Shown here in pieces: positions 37,436 to 52,387 of a stretch of DNA of 64,000 nt (position 1 is the first letter of the stretch; the number at the start of each line of letters is the position of its first letter). The notes beneath the pieces were generated by a model, which saw only the letters and a list, made by a program, of their open reading frames with translations, had not been told where the DNA came from and ran no database searches. A program made the position numbers and the translations under genes. Source of the DNA: the human T2T-CHM13v2.0 reference genome, Homo sapiens; assembly GCF_009914755.1 (NCBI RefSeq), contig NC_060932.1; one strand, given 5' to 3'.

Positions 37436-39643
37436 TTAACTTAGGATTGTCTTGGCTATGCAGGCTCTTTTATGGTTCCATATGAAATTTAAAGTAGTTT
37501 TTTCTAACTCTGTGAAGAAAGTCAATAGTAGCTTGATGGGGATAGCATTGAATCTATGAATTACTTTGGGCAGTATGGCCATTTTCACAATACTGATTCT
37601 TCCTATCCATGAGCATGGAAAGTTCTTCCATTTATTTGTGTCCTCTCTCGTTTCCTTGAGAAGTGGTTTGTTCTTCTCCTTGAAGAGGTCCTTCACATCC
37701 CTTGTAAGTTGTATTCCTAGATATTTTATTCTCTTTGTAACAATTGTGAATGGGAATTCACTCATGATTTGGCTCTATTTCTCTGTTAATGGTGTATAGG
37801 AATGTTTGTGATTTTTGTACATTGATTTTGTATCCTGAGACTTTGCTGAAGTTCCTTATCAGCTTAAGGAGATTTTGGGCCAACATGATGGGGTTTTCTA
37901 AATATACAATCATGTCGTCTGCAAACAGACAATTTGACTTCCTCTTTTCCTATTTTAATACCCTTTATTTCTTTCTTTTGCCTGATTGCCCTGGCCAGAA
38001 CTTCCAATACTATGTTGAATAGGAGTAGTGAAAGAGGGCATCCTTGTCTTGTGCTGGTTTTCAAAGAGAACGCTTCCAATTTTTGCCCATTCAGTATGAT
38101 ATTGGCTGTGGGTTTGTCATAAATAGCTCTTATTTTGAGATACATTCCATCAATACCTACTTTATTAAGAGTTTGTAGGATGAAGGGCTGTTGAATTTTG
38201 TCAAAGGCCTGTTCTGCATCTATGGAGATAATCATGTGGTTTTTGTCGTTGGTTCTGTTTATGTGATGGATTATGTTTATTGATTTGCATATGTTGAACC
38301 AGGCTTGCATCCCAGGGATGAAGCCGACTTGATTGTGGTGGATCAACTTTTTGATGTGCTGCTGAATTCGGTTTGCCAGTATTTTATTGAGGATTTTTGC
38401 ATCGACGTTTATCAGGGATATTAGCCTGAAATTTTCTTTTTTTGTTGTGCCTCTGCCAGGTTTTGTATCAGGATGATGCTGGCCTCATAAAATGAGTTAA
38501 GGAGGAGTCCCTCTTTTTCTATGTTTGGAATAGTTTCAGAAGGAAGGATACCAGCCCCTCTTTTACCTCTGGTAGAATTCGGCTTTGAATCTGTTTGGTC
38601 CTGGACATTTTTTGGTTGGCAGACTATTATTGCCTCAATTTCAGAACTTGTTATTCATCTATTCGGGGATTCAACTTCTTCCTGGTTTAGACTTGGGAAG
38701 GGTGTATGTGTCCAATAATTTATCCAATTCTTCTAGATTTTCTAGTTTATTTGCATAGAGGTGTTTATAGTATTTTCTGATGGTAATACATATTTCTGTG
38801 GCATCAGTGGTGATATCCCCTTTATCATTTTTTATTGCATCTATTTGATTTTTTTTTAATTTGGCTAGCAGTCTATTTTGTTGATCTTTTCAAAAAACTG
38901 GCTCCTGGATTCATTAAACTTTTTTTAAAGGGATTATCCTGTCTCCATCTCCTTCAGTTCTTCTCTGATCTTAGTTATTTGTCTTCTGCTAGCTTTTGAA
39001 TTTGTTTGCTCTTGCTTCTTTAGTTCTTCTAATTTTGATGTTAGTGTCAATTTTAGATCTTTCCTGCTTTCTCTTGTGGGCATTTAGTGCTATAAATTTC
39101 CCTCTACACACTGCTTTAAATGTGTCCCAGAGATTCTGGTACATTGTGTCTTTGTTCTCATTGGTTTCAAAGAACTTACTTATTTCTGCCTTAATTTCAT
39201 TATTTACCCAGTAGTCATTCAGGAACAGGTTGTTCAGTTTCCATGCAGTTGTGTTGTTTTGAATGAGTTTCTTAATCCTGAGTTCTAATTTGATTGCACT
39301 GTGGTTTGTTATGATTTGTGTTCTTTTGCATTTGCTGAGGAGTGTTTTACTTCCAATTATGTGGTCAATTTTAGAATAAGTGTGATGTGCTGAGAAGACT
39401 GTATATTCTGTTGATTTGGGGTGGAGAGTTCTGTAGATGTCTATTAGGTCTGCTTGGCCCAGAGCTGAGTTCAAGTCCTGAATAGCTTTGTTAATTTTCT
39501 GTCTCATTGATCTAATATTGACAGTGGGCTATTAAAGTCTCCCACTATTATTGTGTGGGAGTCTAAGTCTCTTTGTAGGTGTCTAAGAACTTGCTTTATG
39601 AATCTAGGTGCTCCTGTATTAGATGCATATATATTTAGGATAG

Positions 39644-39923
<280 letters not shown>

Positions 39924-42021
39924 GGCTGTTCTTGTTGCATTGATCCCTTTACTATTACATAATACCTTTATCTCTTTTGATCTTTGTTGGTTTAAAGTCT
40001 GTGTTATGAGACTAGGATTGCAACCCCTGCTTTTGTTTTTTTTTATTATTTGCTTGGTAAATATTCCTCCATCCCTTTATTTTGAGCCTATGTGCATCTT
40101 TGCACATGAGGTGGGTTTCCTGAATACAGCACACTGATGGGTCTTGACTCCATCCAATTTACCAGTCTGTTTTAATTGGGGCATTTAGCCAGCTTACATT
40201 TAAGGTTAATATTGTTACGCGTGAATTTGATCTTGTCATTATGATGTTAGCTGGTTATTTTGCCCGTTAGTCGATGCAGTTTCTTCATAGTGTCAGTGGC
40301 CTTTACAATTTGGTATGTTTTTGCAGTGGCTGGTAGCGGTTGTTCCTTTTCATGCTTGGTGCTTCCTTTAGGAGCTCTTGCAAGTCAGGCCTGGTAGTGA
40401 CAAAATCTCACTAGTGACAAAATCTTAGCATTTGCTTGTCTGTAAAGGATTTTTTTTCTCCTTCACTTATGAAGCTTAGTTTGGCTGGATATGAAATTCT
40501 GGGTTGAACATTCTTTTCTTTAAAAATGTTGAATATTGGCCTCCACTCTCTTCTGGCTTGTAGGGTTTCTGCAGAGAGATCCACTGTTAATCCGATGGGC
40601 TTCCCTTTGTGGGTAACCCAACCTTTCTCTCTGGCTGCCCTTAACGTTTGTTCCTTCATATCAACCTTGGTGAATCTGACGATTGTGTCTTGGGGTTGCT
40701 CTTCTCAAGGACTATCTTTGTGGTGGTCTCTGTATTTCCTGAATTTGAAGGTTGGCCTGCCTTGCTAGATTGGGGAAGTTCTCCTTAATATCCTGGAGAG
40801 TGTTTTCCAACTTGGTTCCATTCTCCCCGTCACTTTCAGGTACACCAATCAAATGTAGATTTGGTCATTTCACATAGTCCCATATTTCTTGGAGGCTTTG
40901 TTCATTCCTTTTTCTCTAATCTTGTCTTCATGCTTTATTTCATTAAGTTGATCTTCAATCCTGATATCCTTTCTTCTGTTTGATCGATTTGGCTATTGAT
41001 ACTTGTGTATGCTTCACAAGTTCCCATGCTGTGTTTTTCAGCTCCATTAGGTCATTTATGTTCTTCTCTAAACTGGTTATTCTAGTTAGCAATTCATCTA
41101 ACCTTTTTTCAAGGTTCTTAGCTTCCTTGCATTGGGTTAGGACATGTTCCTTTTGCTCAGAGGAGTTTATTACCCACTTTCTGAAGCCTACTTCTGTCAA
41201 TTCATCAAACTCATTCTCCATCCAGTTTTGTTCCCTTGCTAGCGAGGAGTTGTGATCCTTTGGAGGAGGAGTGGCAATCTGGTTTTTGGAATTTTCAGCC
41301 TTTTTGCCCCAGTTTCTCCCCATCTTTGTGGATTTATCTACCTTTGGTGTTTGATGTTGGTGACCTTCTGATGGGGTCTCTGAGTGGACATCCTTTTTAT
41401 TGATGTTGATGCTAGTCCTTTGTTTGTTTTCCTTCTAACAGTCAGGACCCTCTGCTGCAGGTCTGCTGGAGTTTGCTGGAGGTCCACACCAGACCCTGTT
41501 TGCCTTGGTATCACCAGCGGAGGCTGCAGAACAGCAAAGACTGCTGCCTGTTCCTTCCTCTGGAAGCTTCATCCCAGAGGGTCCCCTGCCAGCTGCCAGC
41601 CAGAGCTTTCCTGTATGAGGTGTCTGTTGGCCCCTTCTGGGAGGTATCTCCCAGTCAGGAGACATGGGTGTCAGCGACCCATTTGAGGAGACAGTCTGAC
41701 CCTTAGCAGAGCTGAACACTGCTGGGAGATCCGCTTCTCTCTTCAGAGCCATCAGGCAGGGATGTTTGTCTGCTGAAGCTGTGGCCACAGCCATCCCTTC
41801 CCCCAGGTGCTGTGTCCCAGGGAAATGGGGGGGTTTTATCTATAAGCCCCTGACTGGGGCCGCTGCCTTGTTTTTGAGATTCCCTGCCCAGAGAGGAGGA
41901 ATCTAGCGAGGCAGTCTGGCCATGATGGGCTTCCTGAGCTGTGGTGGGTTCCACCCAGTTCAAACTTCCTGCCTGCTTTGTTTACACTGTGAGGGTAAAC
42001 CCACCTACTCAAGCCTCAGCA

Positions 42022-42312
42022 ATGGTGGATGCCCCTCCCTCCACCAAGCTCAAGCATCCCAGGTCGACCTCAGACTGCTGTGCTGGCAGCGAGAATTTCA
42101 AGCCAGTGGTTCTCAACTTGCTGGGCTCCATGGGGGTGGGACCCACTGAGCCAGACCACTTGGCCCCCTGGCTTCAGCCCCCTTTCCAGGGGAGTAAATG
42201 GTTCTGTCTCACTGGCATTCAAGGTACCACTGGGGTATGGAAAGAAAAAAAACAAAAAACTCCTGCAGTGAACTCAGTGTCTGCCCAAAGGGCTGCCCAG
42301 CTTTGTGCTTGA
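42022..42312 (+). other. L1 ORF0-like antisense open reading frame (96 aa)
   Basis: GCAATGG context. The translation MVDAPPSTKLKHPRSTSDCCAGSENF...SMGVGPTEP resembles primate L1 ORF0 (MAGAPPPAS...SDCCAS...SVGVGPSEP). No evidence of expression. Confidence 0.65.
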
Positions 42313-42657
42313 AACCCAGGACCCTGGTGGCATAGGCACTGGAGGGAATCTCCTGGTCTGTGGGTTGTGAAGACCATGGGGAAAGCACAGTATCTTGGCT
42401 GGAGTGTACTGTTCAGTCCCTCCTGGCTTCCCTTGGCTAGGGCAGGGAATTCCTCAACCCCTTGCACTTCCCAGGTGAGATGATGTCCCACCCTGCTTAG
42501 GCTCACCCATCATGAGCTGTACCCACTGTCCAATCAGTCCCAATGGGATGAACTGCATACCTCAGTTGGAAATGCAGAAATCACCCTGCCTTCTGAATCA
42601 GTCTCACTGGGAGTTGTAGTCTGGAGCTATTCCTATTTGGCCATCTTGCCAGCAATC

Positions 42658-42747
42658 AATTTCTGTTCTTTTCATATCTATTTTTCTTCCTATATTACCT
42701 GGCCTCAGGTTAGTCCTTTATAGCAATATTAAATTGAACTAAGACAT
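42658..42747 (+). mobile_element. MaLR LTR 3'-end fragment
   Basis: AATTTCTGTTCTT...ATTACCTGGCCTCAGGT...CTTTATAGCAA...AACTAAGACA matches the MST/MLT1A LTR terminus. Confidence 0.6.
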
Positions 42748-45700
42748 AAATAAGGGATGATTCCTACAGAGACCTGATCGCACCTTCTTGGTTAAAATAA
42801 AGTGAAGCCAAGAGCCAGATTGAGCTGATACCACCTTTTCTAGTTCGCTTAGAGGTTGTATATGGGGTGACCTGTTGAAAAACCCCTCTACTTTCAAGAC
42901 AACAAGGAAAGTTTCATTGGCCATATGGGATCACTACATATGGGATCACTACATAGTTGAGGTTTCATGCACACTAACATGCAGGTAGGTTGACCTGAAG
43001 GCAAAAGGTAGAAATACAGGAATGAGTAGTCTCTGGCCTAGAAAAAAAATTTTACTGATTCCCAGAAACATTTTTCTGTGAAATCCCTCATCATTCTAGA
43101 AGTAGCGATGGTACATTCATCTTAGGTAAACTGTGAAGTTCCCATTTCTCTTCAATGTGTAAATTAATCTATAAACTTCATGAACTTTGGACAATATCAT
43201 CTGCTTCCTCTAGTGTGGCCTTCTATGCACTGGCATATGGGTATCCTTGACTCTTAACATCAAATATCTAGGGATTTCTAAGTATGAGCTAATAACAAGG
43301 GGGAGTAGAAGAGTTACAGGAATGCCTGTGTGCATATATTCACACATTCTAGTCATTCTGAATTCAAAGACATAGGAGCCCAGGTAGGTGCATGGCAGGT
43401 AAAATGCATGTCCAGAATGAATGAAGTCTTCTGTTAGAATCTGAATGTTGGCACTAATGTTCTCAGAGTGGTTTGATCAAACCGCTTTCTTTAAAAACTA
43501 GAAATACAGAAATGGCTTTGTTTATAGAAGTGTTCCAGAACACATTCCCTCCCCCATTAACATTTAGAACATTAAGCCTCTGAGTCATGGAAAGCAGGTG
43601 TTCATGGAGGACTGTATAATAAGTTGAACTGGATTAACAAGAGTGAGTCTTGGATAGGAAGAGTATTCCAGGGCTTGAGGTGGGAAAGTGAGAATTTTCC
43701 TCATCTTGGGTCTATTCTCTGAAACTTAAACAGAATTGTTAGGAAAGGGGATGCTGGAGAAAGGCCTTGTGTATCCCATGAGACCAATGGGAAGATGAAT
43801 CAACTGAGATACCACTGAGGATTTCCTGACTTTCAACAGATATGTGTAGATACCATGTCCAGAAAAATTCCATAGTTTCTCTAAAGGCTTAATGTGCACA
43901 AAGCATGTCACATGTTGCCTAATCTTTCCACTCCTATGTGCTTATAGTCAGCAGCATGCACTCTGAACACAGGTAACTGGTATTAAGTGATATCTTAAGG
44001 AATTCTCTTTATACTTCTGAGCTCTAGAACGTGCTCTGTGGAGAAGCCCATGAGATTTGCTCCAGATTTCACTTTCAAAGCTATTACACACGCTAAAAAT
44101 GTCTCCTTCAATCCTACAACAAAACCAGAGCTCCTATGAGGAAATAGTTTGTTCTAACCTAGGACCTATTTAGCCAAGTAATAAAGTTGACGGGAAGAGA
44201 GGACAGGATTCAAGGACTATCTATCGAGCTTGGATTTTTTTTGACCAAATTGAAGAATTGGTTTGTTCTCACCTAAGTTCTATCAAGCCAAATAAGTTAT
44301 GGGACAGGATGAAAAAGATTTTTCCTGACGTGAAAGGATTTGGGTAGTCACCCATTGAATGTTCTCATGGAGATCAAGTCTGGGACAATCAAGATGGCTG
44401 TGGATCGAGCTCAAGTATCCATTATGAATGTTAAAATCTTGACAGGCAGCAGGCACTCACCCTTCTGTGGATACTCACCATGGCTGGTTCTAGCCTCGCA
44501 AGTGGCCCAGTGATGGGCACCCAGGCCTGTCCTCCATGTTGCTTCATGTTTGCTTCCTGATATCTCAGTGTTGAAGTGAAAGATCGGGGATGAAACAGGC
44601 AGAAACCAACTTTGTGTCCAGGGGAAAATGTTTAGAGACGTGAGGAAAAATGCTTTTAGTTTTATGTCAAGGTTCTTTTAAGTATGTTACGAGCACAGGT
44701 TGGTAGAACCTGGTTTATTTCCAAAACTGAGACTCAGGAGAAAAAAGCAGGTGTGCCCCATGATATAAACGTGGCTCTTCGTATCTGTACTGACTGCATC
44801 ATAGACAAACTCTGGTTGCAGAGGAAGGATTTCCACAGCTATTTCCTAACTATGTTTACACAAAGTGCTTGTAAAAATGCTGACATCCAGTGGATTTTGA
44901 AAATTTTGTTTTGATGTAAATTTTCCAAAGTATCCTTTATCCAGACAAATTGGGTATATTGGTTTCCTGTGGCAAAATGAGCAGTGGAGGGTTGAATCTT
45001 ACACTTTCCTTTTTGGAATCACCCAAGTCGACATGGTGGTCAGGTCTTTAGGCTCAGGGATCCTTGGGGCCAGCTTTAAAGTCAACTGGGATGTACTTTG
45101 TGATGGAAAAAATGTGAGTGTAGAGCCTCTTTCATGACTATATAGGAACAAAGATGAGGGAATTGCAGACAACTTGAGGAAAGGGAATGTTTAGAAAGGA
45201 GTGGGACAGATGGGGTCACATCTGCCTGAAGTGAAACATGCACCAGTTGCTCCGACATTGGGCGTGAGTTGGGAGGGACAGCACTTGGCACTTCCTTTGC
45301 TGAAATGGCATATGAAAGGCCAACAAAACTTTATGTGAGAGGACATGAGAAAAGTGACATCCCATTGCCTAGAACAGGTCAGTGGTCAGTGTGGATGTGA
45401 ACCTTTATCCTTAATTTCCTCAGTATAAGACTTACATAAGATCCTAAGGTCTAGGATGATCCTGTCCTGCCTGGGAAAATAATCTGGGCTGTTTACTCAT
45501 AGTTTCTGTAGTTCTTTGTCAAGCTACAGATAAATGTGGAATATGGTGCCAAAGTCTTTATAGAACAGCCTCTTATTGCTATCTTGATAGGGATTTCACT
45601 GAATCTGTAGACCACTTTGGGTAGCAGACATTTTGACAATATTTACTCAAAAACCTTTCAGCAGATACTCATGCCTGGGCCAGGTTGTTTCTGAAACCAT

Positions 45701-48049
45701 AATCTAAGTTAAGTCTTCCATTCCAATAATAATCCTGAAGCCCATCAGAGGTGTCTTTCAAAGCTCTTGTGACCCATGGACTTGTGCTGAATCAATGAGG
45801 AGAAAAAGTGCTGTAGGAAAAAGCATAATTCAGCAACAACCTCACCTCTCATGTACTGGCTGTGTTGCCTGGAACAAAATTCTTAATCTTTCTGAATCTG
45901 ACACCTGACCTGTAAAAATGGGCTAATTGCTTTATGATACTATGACAACTTAGAGATTATTCATGTGGCATATTTAGGTTAATCCTCAACATAAGATAAG
46001 CATCTAACAGAAGCTATTTTGCGATCTAATAAGTTCTTAGCACTGCACGCATCATGCCATTAAATTTTTGCCAAAGATGTCTTAATTATGAAAATTCCTT
46101 TCACAATGAAATAGAAACACACTCGTGTCTATATAAAAAGCTTATAACCTTACTAATGGGATCCTAGCCTGTGAATTTAAATTTGAGCTTGTTTATGCAG
46201 TGCCTTCTATGTCACAGGCTATGTGCCAGCCACCCAAAATATTCTTCATACTCAACTCTGACACTCAAATCAGTTTTTCCAGTGGACCGTAGCATGTTCC
46301 TCAGATGAGGATGAAATTCAGGAATGATAAAACCATGGCTCTTTGTAGCCTGTTGGTGAATCACAAGCCGAACCAAAGTCTTCTGACACCTTGACATTTT
46401 TTTTCCACTCTCCCACACTAGGCATAAAAATGATGTTGGTGATGCCTCAGGATTGAGTGACTCAGGCTGCAAACCTTTGGGGAAGTAGGCTGGGTGGGAT
46501 AAGCTTGACTCTAGATCAAAGCACTTCAAAGCAGTTTCTCAGGATCATTCATCTTTCATTAAGCAGTGATTGAGCCCCTACTGTGAACACAAACATGATC
46601 CTCTTTAAGGTGTTCATAGTCTATACAGGAGGAACAGACACACAAGTAACAGAACAGTCACAGTATAGTCTGAAATCCTTCAAATACCCACCCACCTGCA
46701 AGGTGCATTGAGGCATAGGGAAGGGGATTCTTCAGTTGAAACCTCAAAGTTAAGGGGCAGCGTAATTGGACACTGTAGGTAAAGAATTTGTTACAAAGCA
46801 AAAACATGTGCAGATATTCAGAGGACTAGAAGAACAAGGCATCTGACTGGAGAGTTACTGGGCCTGTGGACTCCTAAGACTGGTATAAAACCGTTTTTGC
46901 TAGAGTCGGCAAGCTTAAACTAATACCCAAGAGCGACTGTGAATCAACAATTGTTTTGGAGCTATATTCTGCATAGTTAACAAGGGTGTCCATTAAACAT
47001 TATCTTGGACCTAATGGCCACTATTTCAATGCCTCAGCAGGATACTAAATGGAATTCTGGCAAGAGAACAGACTTCCATATCTGTTCTTAACTTTAAAAT
47101 GGCTTTAGGAGGTAGAATAGATCCTGAGAACCAAAGAATAAAGCTCACCGGAAGTTAAAGATGGCTATGAGACCAGGTGTTCCAGTTTATCTTGAGTATC
47201 TGAACTATGATCAAATGTCTGTCCTAACCCTTTTGGTTTACATAAGTCCACAGTAACACTTCTACAGAATTCTAGATCTCTTGGCATTGAGTTGCCATGG
47301 TTACCTACTTACATGCCTGTCAGCTCGGCTAAACTGTGGTTTTCTTATGGGAATAGTAGCTTCCTTAATACATGTCTGCTGAATTTAAACCCTCTTCCTG
47401 CTTCCAACATTCCTTTCAGACTCATGAGGCTGCAGCCATCTCCTATGAGTTGCTGAAATGGGGCCTAATTAGGGTTAGTTGGAGCATCAGGAAGGAAAGA
47501 CACTACACATACTTAGAGAGCTACACTCCAAACCAGGAGGTCTGTGCCTGCCTTCTGGCTCCTGCAGACACTGGGAAGGTGAGAAGGGTAAAAAGGATTT
47601 CAGTCATCAACCATGTATTTTACCCTAATCTAACAGGTCAATATATACTAACAATGAATCCATAAATGCCACCCCCACTGCTTTGTGGGGAAAAAAGGGA
47701 GGGGAAGGAAAGGAATAGCATCTCCTTTCTTTTCATCTTTGAAACACTTATTCTTAAAACACATCTGCTAGATCTAATTAGATCCTTTCAAATCCAAGAT
47801 GAATATTGTTCTCATTTTACACATAGGGTCATTGAGAAGTAGGCTGCTTACACATGTATCTTGCATAAAGCTTACATAAATATCAGCTTGATTTTTGGAT
47901 GTCTTTAACTCTCAGCCTGATGCCCTTTCTGTATAGCTTACTGGCTGAGAAATGGTTTAAATTTACATGTCTGATGGTTTGTTCAAATGCAATAAATTGT
48001 CTGAAGATCAATTTCAGTTAAAGCTATCTTTGCCCCAAGAGGAAAATAA

Positions 48050-48230
48050 AGTGCAGTTGCAGGTGTATGGACTGAGAATCAGACCTAATTAAAATTACTC
48101 TGGCCATGTAGGAGCTATGTAAATTTGTGCAATTTGCCTTATATTTCTTAAGCCTCAGCTCTCTATAAAGGGGGATGGGGATAACATGCTTCTAATGGTT
48201 TTAAGGATAGTATAAAAAAATCTTGAAATA
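48050..48230 (+). mobile_element. MIR fragment (further MIR-like pieces near 13430, 47810, 48370-48580, 50840-51030)
   Basis: GAATCAGACCT...AGCTATGTAAATTTGTGCAA...TTTCTAAGCCTCAG...CTATAAA...GGGGATAA. Confidence 0.7.
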
Positions 48231-49208
48231 CAACCTGAACCTACTTACAGCAGCCTGATCTAATATTCCAAATTATAATCACTTAAATACATGAGAATGC
48301 AATTAGATTAGCAAAATCCACAGTTCTAACTATAGACTTTGTCCTTAAGTTTTTGAAAGGTTTTAATGATAACAGATGAAGAAATTGAAGTTGAGTTTTG
48401 GTGCTAGTTTAAATAATTGACTTCTTACTATGTATGTGACAACCATTGTACAAGGTGCTGTTCATACAATACCTCTAATGCTTCCGGTAAACATGAATAG
48501 ACAAGTAGGGCTTTACAAGTGAAATACACTTCCAAAGTTCACATGGCTAGGAAGTGGCAGAATTGAAATTAAAATCAGATGGGATTTTTTTCTCCATAAC
48601 ATCAAGAACAACTGAATAAATGCTATGCAGTCATGAATGAAGTTTAGTTTCCTCCTCCCCATGAAATGAGTTCTGTTAAGCTCAAGACACAATGTGGGAA
48701 GAGTTTGCATGAGCAAGCTTCCTTTGAGCATCAGGAGACACCTCATGCTGGATCACACAGCTGGCTCTCCTTTATTATGTTCCAGCTGATGAAACCACCA
48801 CGGCTCCCTTGCCTATAATGGAGTGTTTCAATTTGGGTACAGAATGAAAGATGCAGGCTTCCTCTTCTCCTCCAGAATCTTAATGCAGACTGCTGCACAA
48901 AGCTTCCATTAAGAGGATGGTTTGCATTTTTCTTCCTGGGTTTGCCAAATACAAGATCAGGATGTTTCATTCTCAGAGGTAACTGATACCAGCACTTCAT
49001 AATTCAAACCAATAGATACTTAGGGAGCTCCTACTTTGTGAAAGAACCTGAACTAGATATTGCAGGGCACTGAAAAGTAGACAATATGTGGCTGTATTAT
49101 TGTAATTTATGCAATTGTCACGATGCTGAGTAGTAATTAGTAATAGTTGAGTGGGTAGTAATTAGTAATGGTTGCAGTGTTGAAGTTAAAAATGAGGATA
49201 ACAAGATA

Positions 49209-49721
49209 CAGTTGTCCTTCAGTATATGTGACAGATTGGTTCCAGGACATTTGGATATCTCAGTCTTTATATGCTCAAGTATGGAAGTCACCCTGCAGAA
49301 CCCATGTATGTATAAAAGCCAGACCTCTGTATATATGGACTTGGCACACTGCAAATATTGTCTTGTGTTTTTAAGAGACAGGGCCGCCTCTCACCCAGGC
49401 TGGAGTGCAGTGGTATAACCGTGGCTCACTGCAGCCTTGAACTTGTGGTCTCAAGCAATCCTTCTGCCTCAGCCTCCTGAGTAGCTAGGACTACAGGCAT
49501 GTACCACCATACCTGGCTATTGACTTTTATTTCTGGATTGGTCTCACTATGTTGCCAAGGCTGTTCTGAAACTCCTGGCCTCAAGCAACAGCCTCCCAAG
49601 TCACTGGGGTTACAGGCATGAGCCACTGTGCCCAGCTCCTAATATGATAATTCCAATTCATATTTGATTGATGGAAACCTGCATATAATCAAGACCAGCA
49701 TAGTTTAAAAAGGGTCAACTG
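49209..49721 (+). mobile_element. MER8-like Tigger-family DNA transposon, split by an Alu
   Basis: TIRs CAGTTGTCCTT...AGGGTCAACTG flanked by TA. Internal GATTGGTTCCAGGAC and CCCTGCAGAACCC. Confidence 0.88.
49362..49636 (-). mobile_element. AluJ
   Basis: GAGACAGGG...GCTCACTGCAGCCTTGAAC...CTCAAGCAATCC...GTCTCACTATGTTGCC, with J-type diagnostics. Confidence 0.93.
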
Positions 49722-52387
49722 TATTGTGTTCAAAGACATTTTCTGGTGGGTATGACTGGATCTCGAACACAGAACCTCTAGTTCTCAACCTTAAGTACAT
49801 TCCATTTCATGCTGCTTAAGAGCTCACACTACAATGATGTCTCACTGTAATGATTTCCGGGACTTTTTCACATAATGGAGCCATGAACCCATAAGCCCGT
49901 GCTGAATTTCCAGTATGTGTGAAGTACCAAGGGTTTGAAGATAAACACATATTGCTCCTGTCCCAAAGAACATTAGTTCCATACCTTCTGATAGATGGCC
50001 CACATTTTATACCAAGGTTTCATGGATAGTTTGGTGATATGTTTGAAAATGGATTCCCATTGGAAAACAAAATTCCTTCAAATATCCATATATAAAATAT
50101 ATTCATATCCTAGATTTTATTCTGCAGTGAAGTTCTAGCCTATAGGGCCCCTTCAGAACCACAGACAGTTCTCATGAAAAGCCAGATCCAGATGTCCTTG
50201 TGGGTTCAGGACCCCCTCCTCATGACTTACACAATGGGCTATACAGATGACATTAAAATGTATGTCTCAATTCCCATCAGTTTATTGATACTATGGACAT
50301 TTTCCTTATTGCACAAACTCCTGAATTGAGCATATTGTACTCAGTCATACATACTCATCACTCTGTCTCAGCCCCTTTAACATTCTGCCTGACATTTCTA
50401 ACTAGTGTTTAATCTGTTAATGAGTGAGTGGTTTTCAGAGAACAAGACCAATGTCACATTCCAAAAGCAAGTTCTGACCAACAAAATCATAGTTCGTATC
50501 TCACATTGGAATGACTCAAACCCATGTCTGAAAGCCAGACTCGGACTTTAGGGGGAGGAATTTTTGGGTCCCTACTTAATGAGACTATGATGTATCTTTG
50601 TGACAATTAAAGATATTTCCCCTGTGGATGGGTATTTGTAAATGACTATGTGGATGAATTAGGAAAATTTCTGTCTTGGGGAAAGGAGGGATCAGAGAAG
50701 CTCAATTCTAGTTAGGATTTTCTGAGATATATGTGACCAGATTAAACAAACATATGCCACAGCTTGGCTTTGGGGACTACCAGGAGAGACTGTTTTATGC
50801 AGCTCTGGGAAGCATCACTTTAGCCTATGGAGTCTATGGCGAGAAGGGCACAGGCCCAAACCCTGGCTTTGTTCTCTTACAGCTTGTGTTGCTTTGAGCA
50901 AGTCACTTGGCTGCTCTGAAATCATAGCCTCATTTGTTTGAGGTAGATAACACATTCTCTTGCATACTCAATAGGATGAGAGAACATATGTGAAGATGCT
51001 TATAACAGAGCAGGCATCAATATTTGTCATTTTCAGACCCAAGACAAATATAGAAATAGAAATGTATTTATGCTTATGGAAGGATGACTAGATCAATTAA
51101 TCTCTGGATTTGAAAAACTGTGTATTAAGATTTCTCTTTTCCAGCATTGTTTATCACAGTAGAATATCCAGCACCTATTGCCTATGGCAGTGGCATTGAT
51201 GTTGTAAATTTGGGGTGTCTCTGCCTGTCTCATTCACTCACTATCCCTGTTCCCTGAGATCATCTTACACATCAGCCATGTGTACTGGAGGACTTGTCCT
51301 TGGCTCTGCTTTCGTGGGGATCTAAATTACAAAGAACATCTGTGACTTCTGCTTTCAGCTCCAAAATGTAAAGATCTTGAATTTTGTGCTTTTATCTTTA
51401 TAAGAATAAGCTAAAAATCAATGACAGGTATTCGATACCTTTTCAAGAGTGAAGCTTGCAGTGCAACCGCCACCCTGAAATTTGGAGAGACAGACAAATC
51501 CAGAAAGGTTAAAGCCTTTCTACTTGAAATAGAAGCTGCTGGAGCCAAAAACTGGTAGGAGTTCTTAAGTGGTAATTTTAATAAACTGCTGGGAACTGAG
51601 TATGGACTAGCATAAGGGACAAACTCTTGGGGGGCTACAGTCTTAGGAGGTCTGCTTACTTTAGGGGGCTTCACCTCCAGGAACCCCACCAGGTTCTCAG
51701 GAACCAAGAAAGATTCCCTCCTTGGCTCTGGCAATGGGCTGGAAGAGTAATCCATGTGAAATAAATCCACAGCCTTCCCCATAACAAATGTCTTCTCTCC
51801 AGAGCCATGGGGAAGGGTATGCCTCTCCTCCAGGCCCCTCCATCTGTCCTGTCTCACCCAAGGTTGGAGGGCTATGCAAGAAGAAAAACTTGTGGAGGTC
51901 ACAGGTCAGAGAAACCCACTAAACAACTGAAATTTAATTGGAAGATTGTACAGCATTCTCCCTCTTCCGTATCTTAGCACCACATCAACAGAGCCCCACC
52001 AAAGTAACAATGGATTAGAGCTGAAAGAGCTTCAAGACAGGCTGTCATGAGCAAGAATAAGTAGGAAAGCCCAAGGTCAAAGAATAAAAACAAGGACATT
52101 AGGGGAATCTGAAGCCTCTGGCACCTGTAGCCACATGAAATACTAAAGGTCAAATGCTAGCCAGATTAACGTAAGTCCTCATACTAGAGATCCATGTACC
52201 TTTGTTCCTATGACCTGAAATACCATATCCAGCTTTAAACAGTAACAAAGACACAAGCCAGGCCCAGTGGTCAAGTCTGAAGAGAAGAAAAAACAAGCAT
52301 CAGATCCAGATTTGAATCCTGTGACACAAATGTTAGAATTATCAAAGAAATCTTAAAATAGCTGAATATGTTAAGAGCTTTATTAAT

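Noticed and set aside
42922-42955. Perfect 15-bp tandem duplication CATATGGGATCACTA (also a 12-bp repeat at ~18008)
   Set aside because: Ordinary slippage indels with no sign of function.
45643-45666. miR-888-like string TACTCAAAAACCTTTCAG
   Set aside because: Partial match only, no complementary arm, and it sits at the L1-stub/module E junction.
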